From Phyllobates terribilis (taxonomy: Eukaryota): a stretch of 64,000 nucleotides of DNA. Numbering within the stretch: position 1 is the first letter of the stretch; each line of letters opens with the position of its first letter. The notes beneath the pieces are model-generated. The model searched no databases and was not told the origin of the DNA. It saw nothing but the letters and a program-made list of their open reading frames with translations. Of the stretch, positions 36,501 to 49,900 are shown piece after piece. A program made the position numbers and the translations under genes. Where the stretch lies: the NCBI RefSeq assembly GCF_046119375.1, contig NW_027362767.1, forward strand, positions 247,194,001 to 247,258,000. The letters run 5' to 3'.

Positions 36501-39500
36501 TTTGCGCAGTTCACCGTACGGTATAAGTGATAAGGCGGATTACAGCAATACCAGATGTATATTTATTTTTATATGTGTTTTGCTGCTGTCTCACAGTAAA
36601 AATGCTTTTTTTGTACATAAAAATTGAGGGCTTATTTTACTGCGTGACGAGTTGCAGATTTTTTTGGTATCATTTTGGGCACATAACGCGTTTTGATCGC
36701 TTTGTATTCATATTTTACAAACACAGAATGAACAAAAAAAACAGCTATTCAGTAGTTGTTAATCTCTTTTTTTTTTTTTTTGCGCCGTTCACCGTGCGGT
36801 AAAAGTGATAAGACCATTTTGTTTGTCTGGTCGGTACGTTTACAGCGATACCAGATTTATATAGGTTTTTTTATGCTTTGCTACTTTTACAGACTAAAAA
36901 CAATATTTGACGAAAATGAATTTGTTTTTGCATCGTCATATTCTGAAAGCTGTAACTTTATTTTAGGGCTTGTTTTTTTGTGGGACGATTTGGAGTTTTT
37001 ATTTATACCATTTTTTTTTTTACCTATGACTTTGTGATCACTTTTTATTAAATTTTTTGCGTGTTAGTTTGATGAAAAGCGTCATTTTTTTTGTTTTTAA
37101 AAAGATATTTGGTGTATGGAATAAATAACGTGCCAGCGAGTCATTACAGCGGGTCATTCCAGTCGCGGCGAAACCAATTATGTGTACTTTTTTTTTGCTT
37201 AGCTTTGTTTTATCACAAACGCTGCGCTGGGTTTTTAGTGGCAAAACAGCTTTTTGTTAATTTTTTTTGTGTTTTATTACTTTTTATTTTACTATCGTTT
37301 TACTTTTTTACTTAATCCCACTGTGGGACATGCATAATTTTTACTTTGATTACTGTTCTCGTTCACTGTAGTTCTCGTGTACTGCAGCCCCGGAGAGCTG
37401 TCAGTGAGTCACTGACTGTGCCCGTGAGACATGGCTTATAGCTGGATCTCACAGGCCACCGTACCCAGGGGTCATCAGATAACCTCAGGGTACCATAGTA
37501 ATCATCAGCGCCAGCGATTACGATTGAGTGGGGGAGGGGGTGGGGGGGGGGGGCAATCCTTCCATAGTGGGTCTTTTAATCACTTAGATACTGCAAAAGC
37601 GGTATTTAAGGGGCTAATCAGCCCCGATCAGCAACAAAACTGACCGTAGCTGATCGGCAGTCGTTAAGGGATTAGGATCTGAAGAGGTTATGCCACAAAC
37701 CATATTTATGACCTATCCATAGGACAGGCAATAAGTGTATGGTTACTGAGGGTCTGCGAGGTGTTGTGCATGTGTGACCCATAGAGGAGTGGTAGTTACA
37801 CATGTGCACTACTACACAGTTCACACGGGGGACATGGGACCCTCATGATCAGTGGAGGTTCCAGCAATCTGTGGATAGGGGATAAATAGTGCAATAATCC
37901 CTTTTAATCTCCCTGTATACTATATTCTCTAGTGGGGTCACAATACGCATAGACAAGACATACATGCATGCATGCACGTACCGGGTTGACAGGGGATACA
38001 AAGACCTTCTGGAGTGCGGATCAGCTCCATTGTCTCTTCATTTACCTTCATCAGCCGGATGGGATACACAAAGGGTAAAATGCGGCTGTTAAATCCGCAG
38101 GAGCCAACCTAGAAATGACAGGTAATGGTTACGTACACGGCTGAGCGTCCCTTTGCCGGCCCCGTACACAATCACACGAGCCGCGCTTACGTTGTTGTCG
38201 AAGTTGCCCAGGCTGCAGTTACACTCCGTGGCGCCATAAAACTCTGCGATCTGCGGAATCCTGAACCGGGACATAAACTCCGTCCAGATGGCAGGTCGGA
38301 GCCCGTTCCCCAACGCCATGCGCACCCTATGCTGGGACTCGGCCTCCCGCACCGGCTGGTTCAGGAGATAGCGGCAGATCTCACCGATGTACTGGACGAT
38401 CTGTACATAAAAGCAGCCGTGTCAGTACGAACTGGAGGTGGACACGGGCGGTGGCAAAAAATGTCAGATCCTCACCGTGCAGTTATATTTCGCGCAGTCA
38501 TCCCAAAACCGCGAGGCCGAAAACTTCCTTTTGATAACAACCGTCAGACCAAGGAGGATGCACTGACCCATTCCAACAATGTTACCTGCCGGAAAGCAAG
38601 AAAAATATAAAAAAAAAAAGCAAAAGCCAGTTTAAAGGGGGTTTTCCAACCCCATTTATCTCACTATTACAAATACCTGGCAATGCTATAAAACAGAAAA
38701 AAAAAAAAAAGTAATATCATCAATACTCACCTCACAACCCCCTAATGCTTCTGTGTCAACGCTTCCCTCTTCCTTTGTCGCTCCAGCTCCACATATGACC
38801 AATGCAGCCAATCACTGACCTCAGCGGTGGTGATACATCACTGCAACAGTCACTGATTGGCTGCATCAGTGCCATATATATCATGCACAACAAGTATCAT
38901 GCACAGTCCTATTCTAGTTTATTAGATCCATGAATGACCCTCGCCGAGCATGGGACTCCGATCTCTCTGATTCAATAAATATGAGGAGCAAATGCAACAC
39001 CCCTCCGCTAGCGGACCTCTATTCCAGGGTTTATTTACGTGACTGATGCCTTTAAAGGAAAATGCTCTTTCTTAAAAGACCAAAAGGCTAAAAAAGTTAC
39101 ACATTTTCCTCAAGAGCATAAATCAAAATGGCAGCAATAGCGGTCAGCGCACCGAGGGCGACATAATTACCTGCAGAGTGGTACAGAGGAAGGCAGTCAT
39201 AAATCACATCATCCGATCGCATGCCAAAGCCGTAATGCACCAGGGCAGCCATGCGGAAATATCTGAAGAGAAAGGACAAGGAAATAAATGGAGCCGCGAT
39301 GACGTGTGCACGTCGTGCAGATCGCAGCTCTCGGACTCACCTGCTATGCACCACTATGGCCGCTTTGGGAAGCCCCGTTGTTCCAGAAGTGTAGATGTAA
39401 AATAATTTATCTGGAAAATAATCAAGTTATCAGACAATTGGAGAGGCACAATGTGGTTCACAGTGCGTTGGCTGCAATACCAGGCACAACCCACTGACAA

Positions 39501-42500
39501 GGGTGGACCTGTTTCTGGAAAGAAGCATAAAAATATAAAGACCCATATAGGGGAAAGCAGTAATATGCAAGTATTTTCCTTTTCACGAGACTCCATATGA
39601 AGGTGGCAAGTAGTTCTCCTGTGCAGGAATGGAAGCCGACACTGGCACCAATCAGGAGGGTCTTTAACTCCTTATTTACCTGTAAAGCTCCTTCCAGGGT
39701 CCTTTGGAGGAAGACGAGACGCGCTCTGCAGCAAGGAAGATACGAATTCCGAGCTAGGGGGAACCGCGGTGCGATCGCAGTCACCAAAGCAGAAAAGTCG
39801 TATGGATTTCCCCATCATGGAGTAGACGTCCGTGATTGCTAGAGATACAAGACAAAAAAATTACCCATGGCTGATTTTGGAAAAGCTGGGCAATATTTAA
39901 TAAGGAGCACATATGACCCCAGAAAGCACGTGGCTACCAGCCAATAGTCTGACATGCCTTTCAGGACTCTGGAGAACTTGCCACCCAGCTTTCCAGATTT
40001 CCAGACCGCAGATCTAACGGCACAGATGACAATCTAGATCAAAGTCCGTCCCCAGGTGCAGCCTCTCACCTTGTGACATCTCCTGTCCAAAGATCACAGC
40101 CTTGGAGTTGGAGACGCTGAAGCAATGTTCCAGGGCGTCTAGACGCAAGTTGAAATTTATCAAAGCGGCTTCGACCCCGATTTTAGCCATGCCGAGCCAA
40201 AAGCCGACGTACTCGTTACAGTTCTCCATGAACAGCGCTATGACATCTCCGGTCCGGAAACCTTCAGCGTACAGGAAGTTGGCCACCGCATTGGAAAACT
40301 CGTCCAGCTCCCGGAATGTCCACGTGGCTCCGGTGCCCTCAAATATCAGCGCCGTCTTGTTGGGATGACGTTTAACACATTCCTTAAATATGATGGGGAC
40401 GGTATTCTTCTCCCGCAGGTGTCTTTTCACTTGCAGCTTCACCCGGACGAGGGTTATCGCGCCTCTGCAAAAGAAAAAGAAAAAAGTAAAATCCGTCCGT
40501 AAAATACGTCAGATGCAAAAGTTTCATGGCACAAGTACAACAGGTCCATAGATCCCTATGCGCTTGATGGATACCAGGAGCGTCCCTTTTGGGATGTATA
40601 TATAGCCTCTAGCGCTTTTCTATGCAGATTGCAACCACAAAAAATTAAAAGGCATAGCTATGCAGAATTAGAAGGGTTTTGCCAAAAATATCAGGTTATC
40701 CTCTATTCATGTTGTAGCTTGCTAATCACTGGGAGTCCGACCACTGGGACCTCCAAAGATCCAAACTATGGTGATCTGCAGAGCCATATTCTGAGGGAGC
40801 CATATTCTCAGGATTGATGGGTATAGGGGATAACCTTATTTTTTATTTTTGTAATGGTGGCTTATGCATGACATGGCACTGTGCTGCATACAAAATATGT
40901 CAGGACTTCAGATTCAGTTTTTAGGTGTCCACAAACATAAGGAGAAAGTCGGCTGAAATTGATGACTTTGGTGAGATCGGCCAACCAACCGTCACGTTGG
41001 TGCCTCTGAAGAATGCTAAGGAAAAGAAGGATTGGGCATGCTGGATTCCATCATGCCTGATCCTTTGTGCTCAGTGGAGAGGAGCAGGAGGCAGATGTCC
41101 TTCTCCCTCTTCCCACTGAGAACACACAGCTGAGTGGGCAAGTGTCTTGTGGGGTCACTTACCTCCACACACTTTACCAGGACTAAACCAAAATGCATGG
41201 TTGCTCCAATGCACTCATTATATCCCTTGACTGACCTTAACCATAAGGGGTTGTCCACCATTGGGGACAATTTTTAGTTTTTCTTACATAAATGCATGCA
41301 TTTTTGGGCATTTGAGATTCATTACCAATATTGCACCGTTTGCCTCCTTTTTTACTGGCAGGAGAATGAGTTCAATGAAAATGCATCAGTGAGCTTGTTC
41401 AGACTGTCCAGTGGGACAGTTTGTAACCCTTATCTGTCTTTTTCTGGGCTCATCTCAGCTGATTTAGGACCACAAAGTTAAATGTGAGAGAACCAAACAG
41501 TGCAATATTTGTAATGAAACCCAATTGTAAAAGTGATTTTTGGCCCAAAGTACAGGTCGGAAGATAAAAAGAAAAAAAATTGTCCCTAGAGGTGGACAAG
41601 TCCTTTAAATAGAAGCACTTTCCAACGCAGCTTTCCATCAGAAGTAAAACAAGGGCATGCTAGGAGTTGTAGTTTTGCAACCGCTGGGACTAGACATATT
41701 GAACGGCTCCATTATTGTCCCCAGCAAATCTACAATTGTAATCTGTTGCTTCCTAGCAATATCCATTAGTAGAGATGAGGACTACAACTCCCAATGGAAT
41801 TTTCATCCAGTTTCCACTTTAATTATGTAGAAAGAGAAGGGAATGACAATGAGAGAAAGATCTAGAAAGCTACATAATCCTCTGCTAAAATACTCTGTGC
41901 TGCAGGAATACCCTTCCTGCAGCACAGGAACACCCATTCTACTGCCTCCCGTAACTCTTCTAAAATGCTCTGTGCTGCTGTGGACATGCAAATGGTGACA
42001 ACAGACTGTGGACGTCCACTAGTCTCCGTCCGTTACCCACCAAACAACCCTGTCACATTGACTTGGCACAACGCGTGCCCTGAATGTCGCCATATTTTGC
42101 ATTACAGGAAAGTGCTAATGTGCATTTCATAGGGAACAGTCTTGTCTCTGTGACGCCGTGTATTGCGAGGGGTCACAGGTCACTGCCTTGGACAAAATCA
42201 AACACATTCATCTCCTGCTGCAGCCATCCTTTCCATCAGAGGACTACAAGGCCCCAATATGAGGATGGAGAGGGCTCCAGATAGAAGGGGCAGATATGGC
42301 AAGCCGTTGTAAAGCCTACAGTTGATATCAATGTAATAAATGGACAGGGAAAGGTTACCTTGCAAAATGACAACTATAAAAGCAAAGCACAGTCCATTAG
42401 GAATTGGATAAGAGTGTCCCCGGCGGGGGGCAGAGTCCAGGGCTTATCTTGCAACACACAAATCTAAGCTGGACAATCAAGTTCAAGGATGAAGAACACA

Positions 42501-44506
42501 ATACATAGATTTAGTGCGGGTACAAAGGGTGGCACCTGTGATAAGCCGCATCATTAGGCACGCCGAATATGTACGGGGCTCTGCAAACAGGACCGTCTAT
42601 AAAGCTTTCACCGCTTCTGGGAAAGCTTCCAGGGGGCACCACTCCGCTGTCCAAGCCCCCTGGTTATTTAGTAATATGGTAAAGGAAAGGGCGCATCACT
42701 ACATAAGCAGGAAGGTGCGTCACTCAGGAGCCTGGGAAAGCAGAGTGGCAATCATCTTAGTAGCTGTAATGGTTCCTGGCTTAATTTAAAGGGAATCTGT
42801 AGTGTGCTGCAACCCCTTCATTCTCAGGAACCGCAAATGTCTCACAGCAGCGGCATATCCCAGTGACATGCCATGGATTACCAAGATGAGAATACCCCCC
42901 TTTAAAGGGAGGCCATATAAACAACATGTGTACATGTATTTCAGCCAAATCCCTCAAATTTGAGTGGAACCAGCTGACAGTATGGGGGTCTCCCAAATCT
43001 CCTCCAAAAGTTCAATGCTGTGGGAAAAAAAGGATCAAGCATGATAGATTTTAAAGTTTTTTTTTCTTTCAAAAAATGGCAAGTAATCCCTATCTATAGG
43101 ATACGGGATAACTGGTTAGAGGCTCTTCAGTTGGGACCCCCAGCAATGCAGAGACCGTGGCTGTACAGTGGAGTGTTGTACTCTGCTCTCTTTCTGGCAG
43201 CCCCATAGACAATAATACAGCGAAGGTCGAATACATGCATCTCCACTTCATTCAATCCTGTTCTTGGGATTTCTGTGGGTCCCAGTGATTGCAAAATATC
43301 CCCTATCCTCTGTCAGCGTCTTATCCTCCTCTCCCCATTGAGCGCATGCAGGCACATGTGTTGGGTGTAGCTTGTGCTGGCAGGGAGCACACCTGCATAA
43401 CAATGTGCCATTCAGGGTCACAAGAATTGGGTGCCACCTTTTTTTAAGGTGTGAAATGCCCTTGAAACGTTTTTAGTGCAAATGAAAATATTTGTTTCTG
43501 GCAATTTCATAAACCCTACCCCCGGAGGACAATGCCGGCGCTCACAGCACGTGTGGGCAGTAATGCGATGCCCGGAGGAATATGATCATTGTTAGCACAG
43601 GGGCGGCATCACTTCTTGGTGAAAAGAAACAGAACGGTCTAAGTGCTATAAAGAAGGACGACTTTGTCCTGAGGATCCGGATTTTTATGGATGACACATT
43701 AGAATTCAGCCCGTTACAGAAAGGCCTTACATGCACTGACACAAAGGAACGTTTGTCCGATTATTCATCTATAATCGCTTATCGCTGAAGGTTTTTCACG
43801 TCGTTTAAAAGATATTTCCCTAGAAAGAAAGTTGTCCTCTGCTATCAAGTGGGTAAGATTCCCACTCAGGCCACAATGATTGACACCAAACTTTCCCACA
43901 GCCCTGAATGGTAACCCCTTTAAGAGCAGTAACAAAGTGATGGTATATTGCTATTACAAAAAATCAGTGTGGGTCTGGCCTCTAGGACCCCCACTGATCC
44001 TGAGAATGAAGGAGATAGTGCTACCTACATCCTCTACCCCATTTTCTCTGCACAGCAGAGGGCAGGCCGCTCACAGCAATGTCAGGCGGCCAGGAGGACA
44101 CTGCGCAGGATGCACCAGCACTGCAGACTCTTGAATTTCAGTTTAGATGGGTGAGGTTAAAGAGGACAGACACTCACCGATCACACCAGCAATATGCCAA
44201 CATTTTTTTAAACATGAAAACAAAACCTGCTGAAGTGGCTAATAACAGAAAACAATAGTAGAAATGGAAAGACTGTTGTAATGAAAATAATCCTTTAAAG
44301 TTACTCTTAAGTGGTTGCAGGTAAATCACCCCCCCCCCACCTTACCTCACATCTCGACCGATGGTCTTGTAGAAAACCTTCATAAACTTCCATCCTCCGG
44401 AGCCCAAGTAGAAAACAAAGACGGCACCAATCGACTGAAACCAGGGCAGCCCGACCACGGCTTTGAGCAGCAGCAGCAGGGACGAGCAGGACGCCAGGCG
44501 CAGCAT
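33560..44506 (-). CDS. SLC27A4: Long-chain fatty acid transport protein 4 (FATP4), 12 coding exons: 44346-44506, 40070-40464, 39680-39838, 39341-39410, 39171-39262, 38476-38585, 38191-38400, 37982-38108, 35649-35786, 34959-35123, 34729-34875, 33560-33717 (1932 nt, 643 aa)
   Basis: AMP-binding motif [14 protein letters not shown] and FATP motif [23 protein letters not shown] are present. Exon sizes 161/395/159/70/92/110/210/127/138/165/147/158, all GT-AG and in phase. It ends QSGKLKL*. The FATP4 rather than FATP1 call rests on the C-terminus and on adjacency to URM1. Confidence 0.96.
35124..35606. repeat. 23-bp VNTR, 21 copies, filling the intron between SLC27A4 exons 35649-35786 and 34959-35123
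   Basis: Plus-strand unit CCGGGAGACGACAAATCAACAGT. It abuts the acceptor AG at 35124-35125. Confidence 0.97.
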
Positions 44507-47500
44507 CTTCCTGTAACCGGAAAGGCGATCAGAGTCAACACCGTCTGCTTTTATACTGATAGTTATCACCGCGCCCATGTCACCGGGGCAGGGGTAGGTC
44601 TAGGGAGGGGGCAAAGTTCATGTCATAAAAATCATAGAAAGAAGCAAACCATTCCCGTGTATCCGGACCGGAATAAATACTCCAAGTGCAGTATAACTGC
44701 TATGCAGAAACAGCCACCCTGTAAGTGACAGCAACGGTCAAAATATCCGATAGGTTATTCTGCAAGTTGCATGCAATTGTCAAAATCTGTTCTTAGAAAT
44801 AAAGCTTATTGAAGGGGCACTGAAGATGCGCACATCTTCTAATGCGTCCTATGCAAGCAACCAACCAATCAGATCAATGATGTTATTTTAAACTCCATTC
44901 CTGCACAATGAAAGCAGGAAGCTGATTGGCTGCTATGGACAAGTGGCGAACACGTCTTCACTGGTGTTAGAAACTAAAACACGGCTGTGAAAACTGCACC
45001 CGGTCACCAGGGGCAACGAGGCGACATATTCCTGTAAGACAGTCCGGATACACAATGATGGAGGTTTATCAAATCAGAATAATAGAGAAGAGCGTGGGGT
45101 CCTCGTCATGGGAACTATCGGGCTGTCAAAGAAGAGACATACCGGGCGTCATTGTGAGGGGTTATAGCTGTTATGGGGATGACATTATGGGTGCATACTC
45201 TCTTGGAAGTCTACCATTGGGCCCACATCATCATTGGTGGAGGAAAGTATGTTGGGTCCTCCCCGGCGGGGAAACTCCTTGCCGCTCAGGCTAGGATGTG
45301 GGGGGGGGGGGGGGGGAGCTTCTCGTGGGCCCCTCACCACCTTGGCTGTAATGGGGGTGTTAATGTGGGTCCTTCGCTGCTCTGGCCGGGATGTGGGGGA
45401 AAAAGGTCCTCATGGGACAATCGCTGCTTAAATGGGGGGGATAATGTGGGGGGGGGGAAACTCCTCGCGGGGCTTTTAACTGCTCTGGCCGGGAAGGGGG
45501 GTCCCTCACCACCCTGAATGAAATGGGGTGAGGTGGGGGGGGACGACTCCTCGTGAGTCTTTCACTGCTCTCACCAGGTTGTGGGGGGGAAAGCTCCTCG
45601 CGGGCCCCTCGCCGGGATGTGGGAGGAGAGGGGTCGCTCATTGTGGCCTTAGATGAGAGACGTCACGAAAACTCCTGCAATCAAATCCTACAAACCACAT
45701 CTCCCCTGTGTATGGGGTTATTGTAAAACTAGAGAAAGTGGAAAATGGCAGGAAAAAACAGAAGTAAATGGATAAGGAAAGAGAGAAGACGCCAGGGAAC
45801 AATTCAGGTGATTGTCACAGCGACAGGCGAGCGACGGCCATTCACAGTGCCGGCAGGGTGCAGAGGATCCGCCGGCAGATTCGGGATTGACCTTCACAGC
45901 TAAGGAGATCGTTGTGATGAAGTCTGGTCGTATCAGAGGAGCAAATTCCCGTTTTACGAGCTAATAACCCTAACACAGGCCGGCACCGCACGCTGTATAA
46001 CCTTCACCATAGTGACGAGCCTGCGGTAACACATGGATGGCATGGGTACAATGTCTCTATAACCATATGTACTCTTCCCCTACCTTAAAATGGATTGTAA
46101 CAAACCTTTATATCCTACTGGGTATGGCAGGAATATTTAGGGGGGGTCATCATTTCTAGGACGCCCCACTAACATCTACGGATACATAACCTGCTGCTCA
46201 AGTGTATTTACAGATGCCCTGTAATGCTCCGAAATCCCTGCAAAAAGAAGCAAAGAACAGCAGGACCCCTGCAATTAATTCTGCTCTAGGGGAGGTACCC
46301 GCTACCCCCACTGAATATGGCTGTGCATTATCACTCTACTTCTCTATCACTTGAGTCATCAAAAAAATATATTTCTGATGGATGAGACAATTCACTGCCT
46401 TCTCCTACTTGCTGATGGTCTCCACTTTGATGCAAATATCTTCCTGCTATCAGACCGGCTTATTACCAGACACAGGTAGTCTTCAAATATTCTGCAGAAA
46501 GATGGGAAAATTATAAGGCACCTGAGGACGGATTATTGAGGAGTCGGGGATGAGAGATGGATTTATCGTCGTATCGCAGTCATAGAAGGGTTGTGGCTGC
46601 GATTCCACCACTGGGACTCCCAAAGATCACAAGGGTGCAGTGTCCCCCATGTGCATATGGCTCATACAGCGCTTTGCCAGTCTTATCAGTAGTGCGTGTG
46701 CGACCAAACACGACTAACGACCCTCATTTTTGTGATCAGTGGGCATTACAGTGGTATAACCACCAGCAATCAGTCACATTACCTATTTTGTGGGCCAACC
46801 CCTTTAAATGATTTCTGTTCCTAGGAAAGCTGGGTGACATTTTTACGAGCAGAGACCATCTACACCCTCACACAGTTTTGCATTTGATGTAATATTGGCC
46901 ATTTTGCTTGTCACCCAGCTTTCCAAGGAAGTGAAAACTAATGACAGAAGACAAAGATGTAGGAAAACAGTAACGGGGGGGGGGGGCTCTTAATTGGCCA
47001 AATACGACTTTTCAGCAGAAGCGATGACCTATTTTTGGGCTGCACGGCAGACAACTCTCAGCGTGTTCTCCAAAAACTAGGTGAGAGTTCACTTTGGTTT
47101 CGTGTTGTGTGACGAATGTTGTGCAATGCACACTCGGGGGTTAATGAGTCACCACTCGCGGTGACATCCATCACTACACACCACCGCAGTCACCCCCATG
47201 GGGAGGGGGAAGTATGCGAGAAGTGATGCTACGGATAGAAAGCAGACACCAGCGCGTGCCACTCGGGTTATAGCAGGGCAAATGCAGCAATGTACATCTA
47301 CTGCAAACTCACAAAACAGCTGCGGCCGGCTCTGGATATTAACAGGTTAATGTGATATGGAAGGGGGGGGGAGGGGTGACCAGGACTTAAGAGGAAAAGC
47401 TCATTGAACCTTATTAGCCAGACACTTCACATCCAAGAGGATGAGGAGACGCAAGGTCACAAGCTAATGAGCGCAGCAGAAGCCGATCTGCAGGGACATT

Positions 47501-48727
47501 CAGCGATGGGAGTCACCGTGGTTGAACTGGGAAAGGCGAAAGCAAGCCGATTAACTCCCGACGTGCTAAGAAACAAACTAACCCGAATATATCGTAGTAT
47601 CTGCGGTCATACTACTACAACTCTCAATATTGTCTGCAAGCTGGGAACTGCCACTTTATACTTACAGCAGTGGTCTCCAACATGTAGCTCAAAACTACAA
47701 CTCCCAGCATGCCCTGGCATACAGGCTGGGAGTTGTAGTTTTGCAAAAGCTTGAAAATTGCTGCTCTGGAGGAGTCTTAAAGGAGACGTCTGATTTAGAC
47801 AACTTCTTTCCATATAGAGGGGAACAGGAAGACCACTGAAGAGCATACTGATATACCCATGTATTCTGATTTTAATGGGCACTGTGAAACGCTGCAGAAC
47901 CAATCAGGGTGGTACTACAGGTGATAGTGGGGTCATTGTAGGGGGATGTGTTATGTGGTAAGTGAATGTCCAATATGTATGATCCCTTTAAATCTCATGT
48001 ATATATTCAAACATATGACTTGCTGTATATGGATCTAATGGCCCGCTTCTAAACATGAACAGTAGTTCAATGGTCAGAGAGAGGAGATCTCTGACCTGAA
48101 GAACTACCAGAGTCTCATACAGTGGCTTAAAGACCGTGGGCTTATATTCACCCCCATGGGCCACAAACTGCAGCAACAAATGCAGCAATTTTTGGTAGAA
48201 ATGTGTGCGGTTGTCTGCAAGACCAAAAATTCTCCCATTCAGGGCCACCATGCCGGACTAATCTCTGCCTGTGGACGGCTCGACAGACGTACAGCCAGGA
48301 TCTGATTCTTGCTGTTCCTGGATTCATGCTGCCTGAACCACTGACAGGTTCCCTTGAGGCCTCATTCAGATAGCAGTATTTTCCACATATGAAAAAACCT
48401 GACCTATTATTCTGATGAGACTTTGATCAGAGTGTGGTCCAAGTGGTAATAGCTTATCTTGTGCGTGGAGAATTTAAAAAAGAAAAAAAAAGTTTCTCCA
48501 CCTTCTTCCTGATTGTCCGTGAAATAAATCGGACGGCACTCAGATGTCATCTGAGTGAGGTCCGATTTTTTTATGGACCCATTGACTTGCAATGCCGATT
48601 TTGATCCGACCCTTGGATCAAAATCAGACTTGTCTCTGATATTCCGATATAGTCTGAGAAACACTAGGTCCGAGGAAAAGAAAAATAATCAGACATGTGC
48701 ACCAAACCAGGCAAATCAACAGGCTCG

Positions 48728-49300
48728 GTTTTTGAAGTGAATACAACCAAGCAACGACAGCAATCATCAAATATATAATTTCTTTATTGATGAAACAATA
48801 ACATAACTATTCAGATTAAAAAGAGCCTCAAACTGTGAGGGCCACTAGAATAGACCTATTTATACTTGCATTTTTATACTCAAAAAAACTCAATAGAGAT
48901 TGAATGCAACTGCAGGTTATACCACCTAGCTGCAGATATATGTATATTCCAGGTATGCCATACTATAGAGCCAATCAATTAACTAGCAGCCGTGTATAAT
49001 AAAACACAGGTGAAAAAGCTGCTATTTCTTATATAAAGTGCATAGTGCTCTGGCATGTGCCTAAATGAAATATAGCAGATATATAAGATGTAGATAGTAT
49101 TTCATTACCTTAAAAAAAAAGCTGCCAGATTACTGATACAAACAAGGACCTGTGTCCCTCCACCCCCCCTGAGGAAATGCATACGAAACGTGCGTTGGGG
49201 TGGAGGAACACAGGACCTTGTTTTTATATTTGTCTCATCAATAAAGAAGTTATATATTTTATGATTGCTGTGGTTGCTTGGTTGTATTCACTTCAAAAAC
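48728..49300. mobile_element. Penelope-like retroelement relic with inverted termini
   Basis: About 70-bp inverted repeat (48728-48798 vs 49230-49300), with the hammerhead motif and AATAAA (49240-49245) at the right end. No RT or GIY-YIG sequence recognised. Confidence 0.5.
49142..49221 (+). ncRNA. Minimal type I hammerhead ribozyme motif (Penelope-like)
   Basis: CTGAGGA 49169-49175, short stem II region, GAAAC 49185-49189, loop GTGC, GTT 49194-49196. These are enclosed by a long stem I (ACAAGGACCTGTGTCCCTCCACCCC pairing with GGGGTGGAGGAACACAGGACCTTGT). Stem II is imperfect. Confidence 0.65.
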
Positions 49301-49900
49301 AGTCTGTTGATTTGAACGTGTCTATATATACACAGCTATACTGAGTGCTTTTTGAGGACATTCTTTGAGGATTATCATGTGCACAGACCCATAGAATATC
49401 AAAAGGTATGAGCACTGTGAAAACCACAGATTGCACTTGTATGAAAGAGATCTTAAGGGAATTTTCCAGAATTTACCTCCCCAAAAGATGGCAAATATAA
49501 TTTGCTTTGGTCCCAATCGCTGCTGCTATACCTCCAGGCGTGAAGACATGTCTGAGGGCCACGGTGGACAAGTGACCATAGAATGTCCTTTTAGGTTATT
49601 GAACCCCAATTGGGTCATTAAAAAATATTTTGGGGTGCACCTTATTCATATATATGTAGCGGATACCTCGTAATAACAGTATATACCTGGAGGAGATAGA
49701 TATTATAGATATATGTGTATATATATATTACACATTGTGTGCGTAATATATCTCGAGCACAGACAATAAAAACAAACCTGACCCACGAAGGGTCACATGT
49801 CAGAGGTCACCATACAGGCCGATCCCAGGGAGTCAGCAGACTCCGGTGATGGCTGGTCACTCGCATGCCCCCGTCCCCTCCTGGGGGTCCCCATCATATA

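Noticed and set aside
47020-47100. Nuclear-receptor-like half sites (TGACCT, AGTTCA) in SLC27A4 intron 1
   Set aside because: No well-formed DR1; such hexamers are expected by chance.
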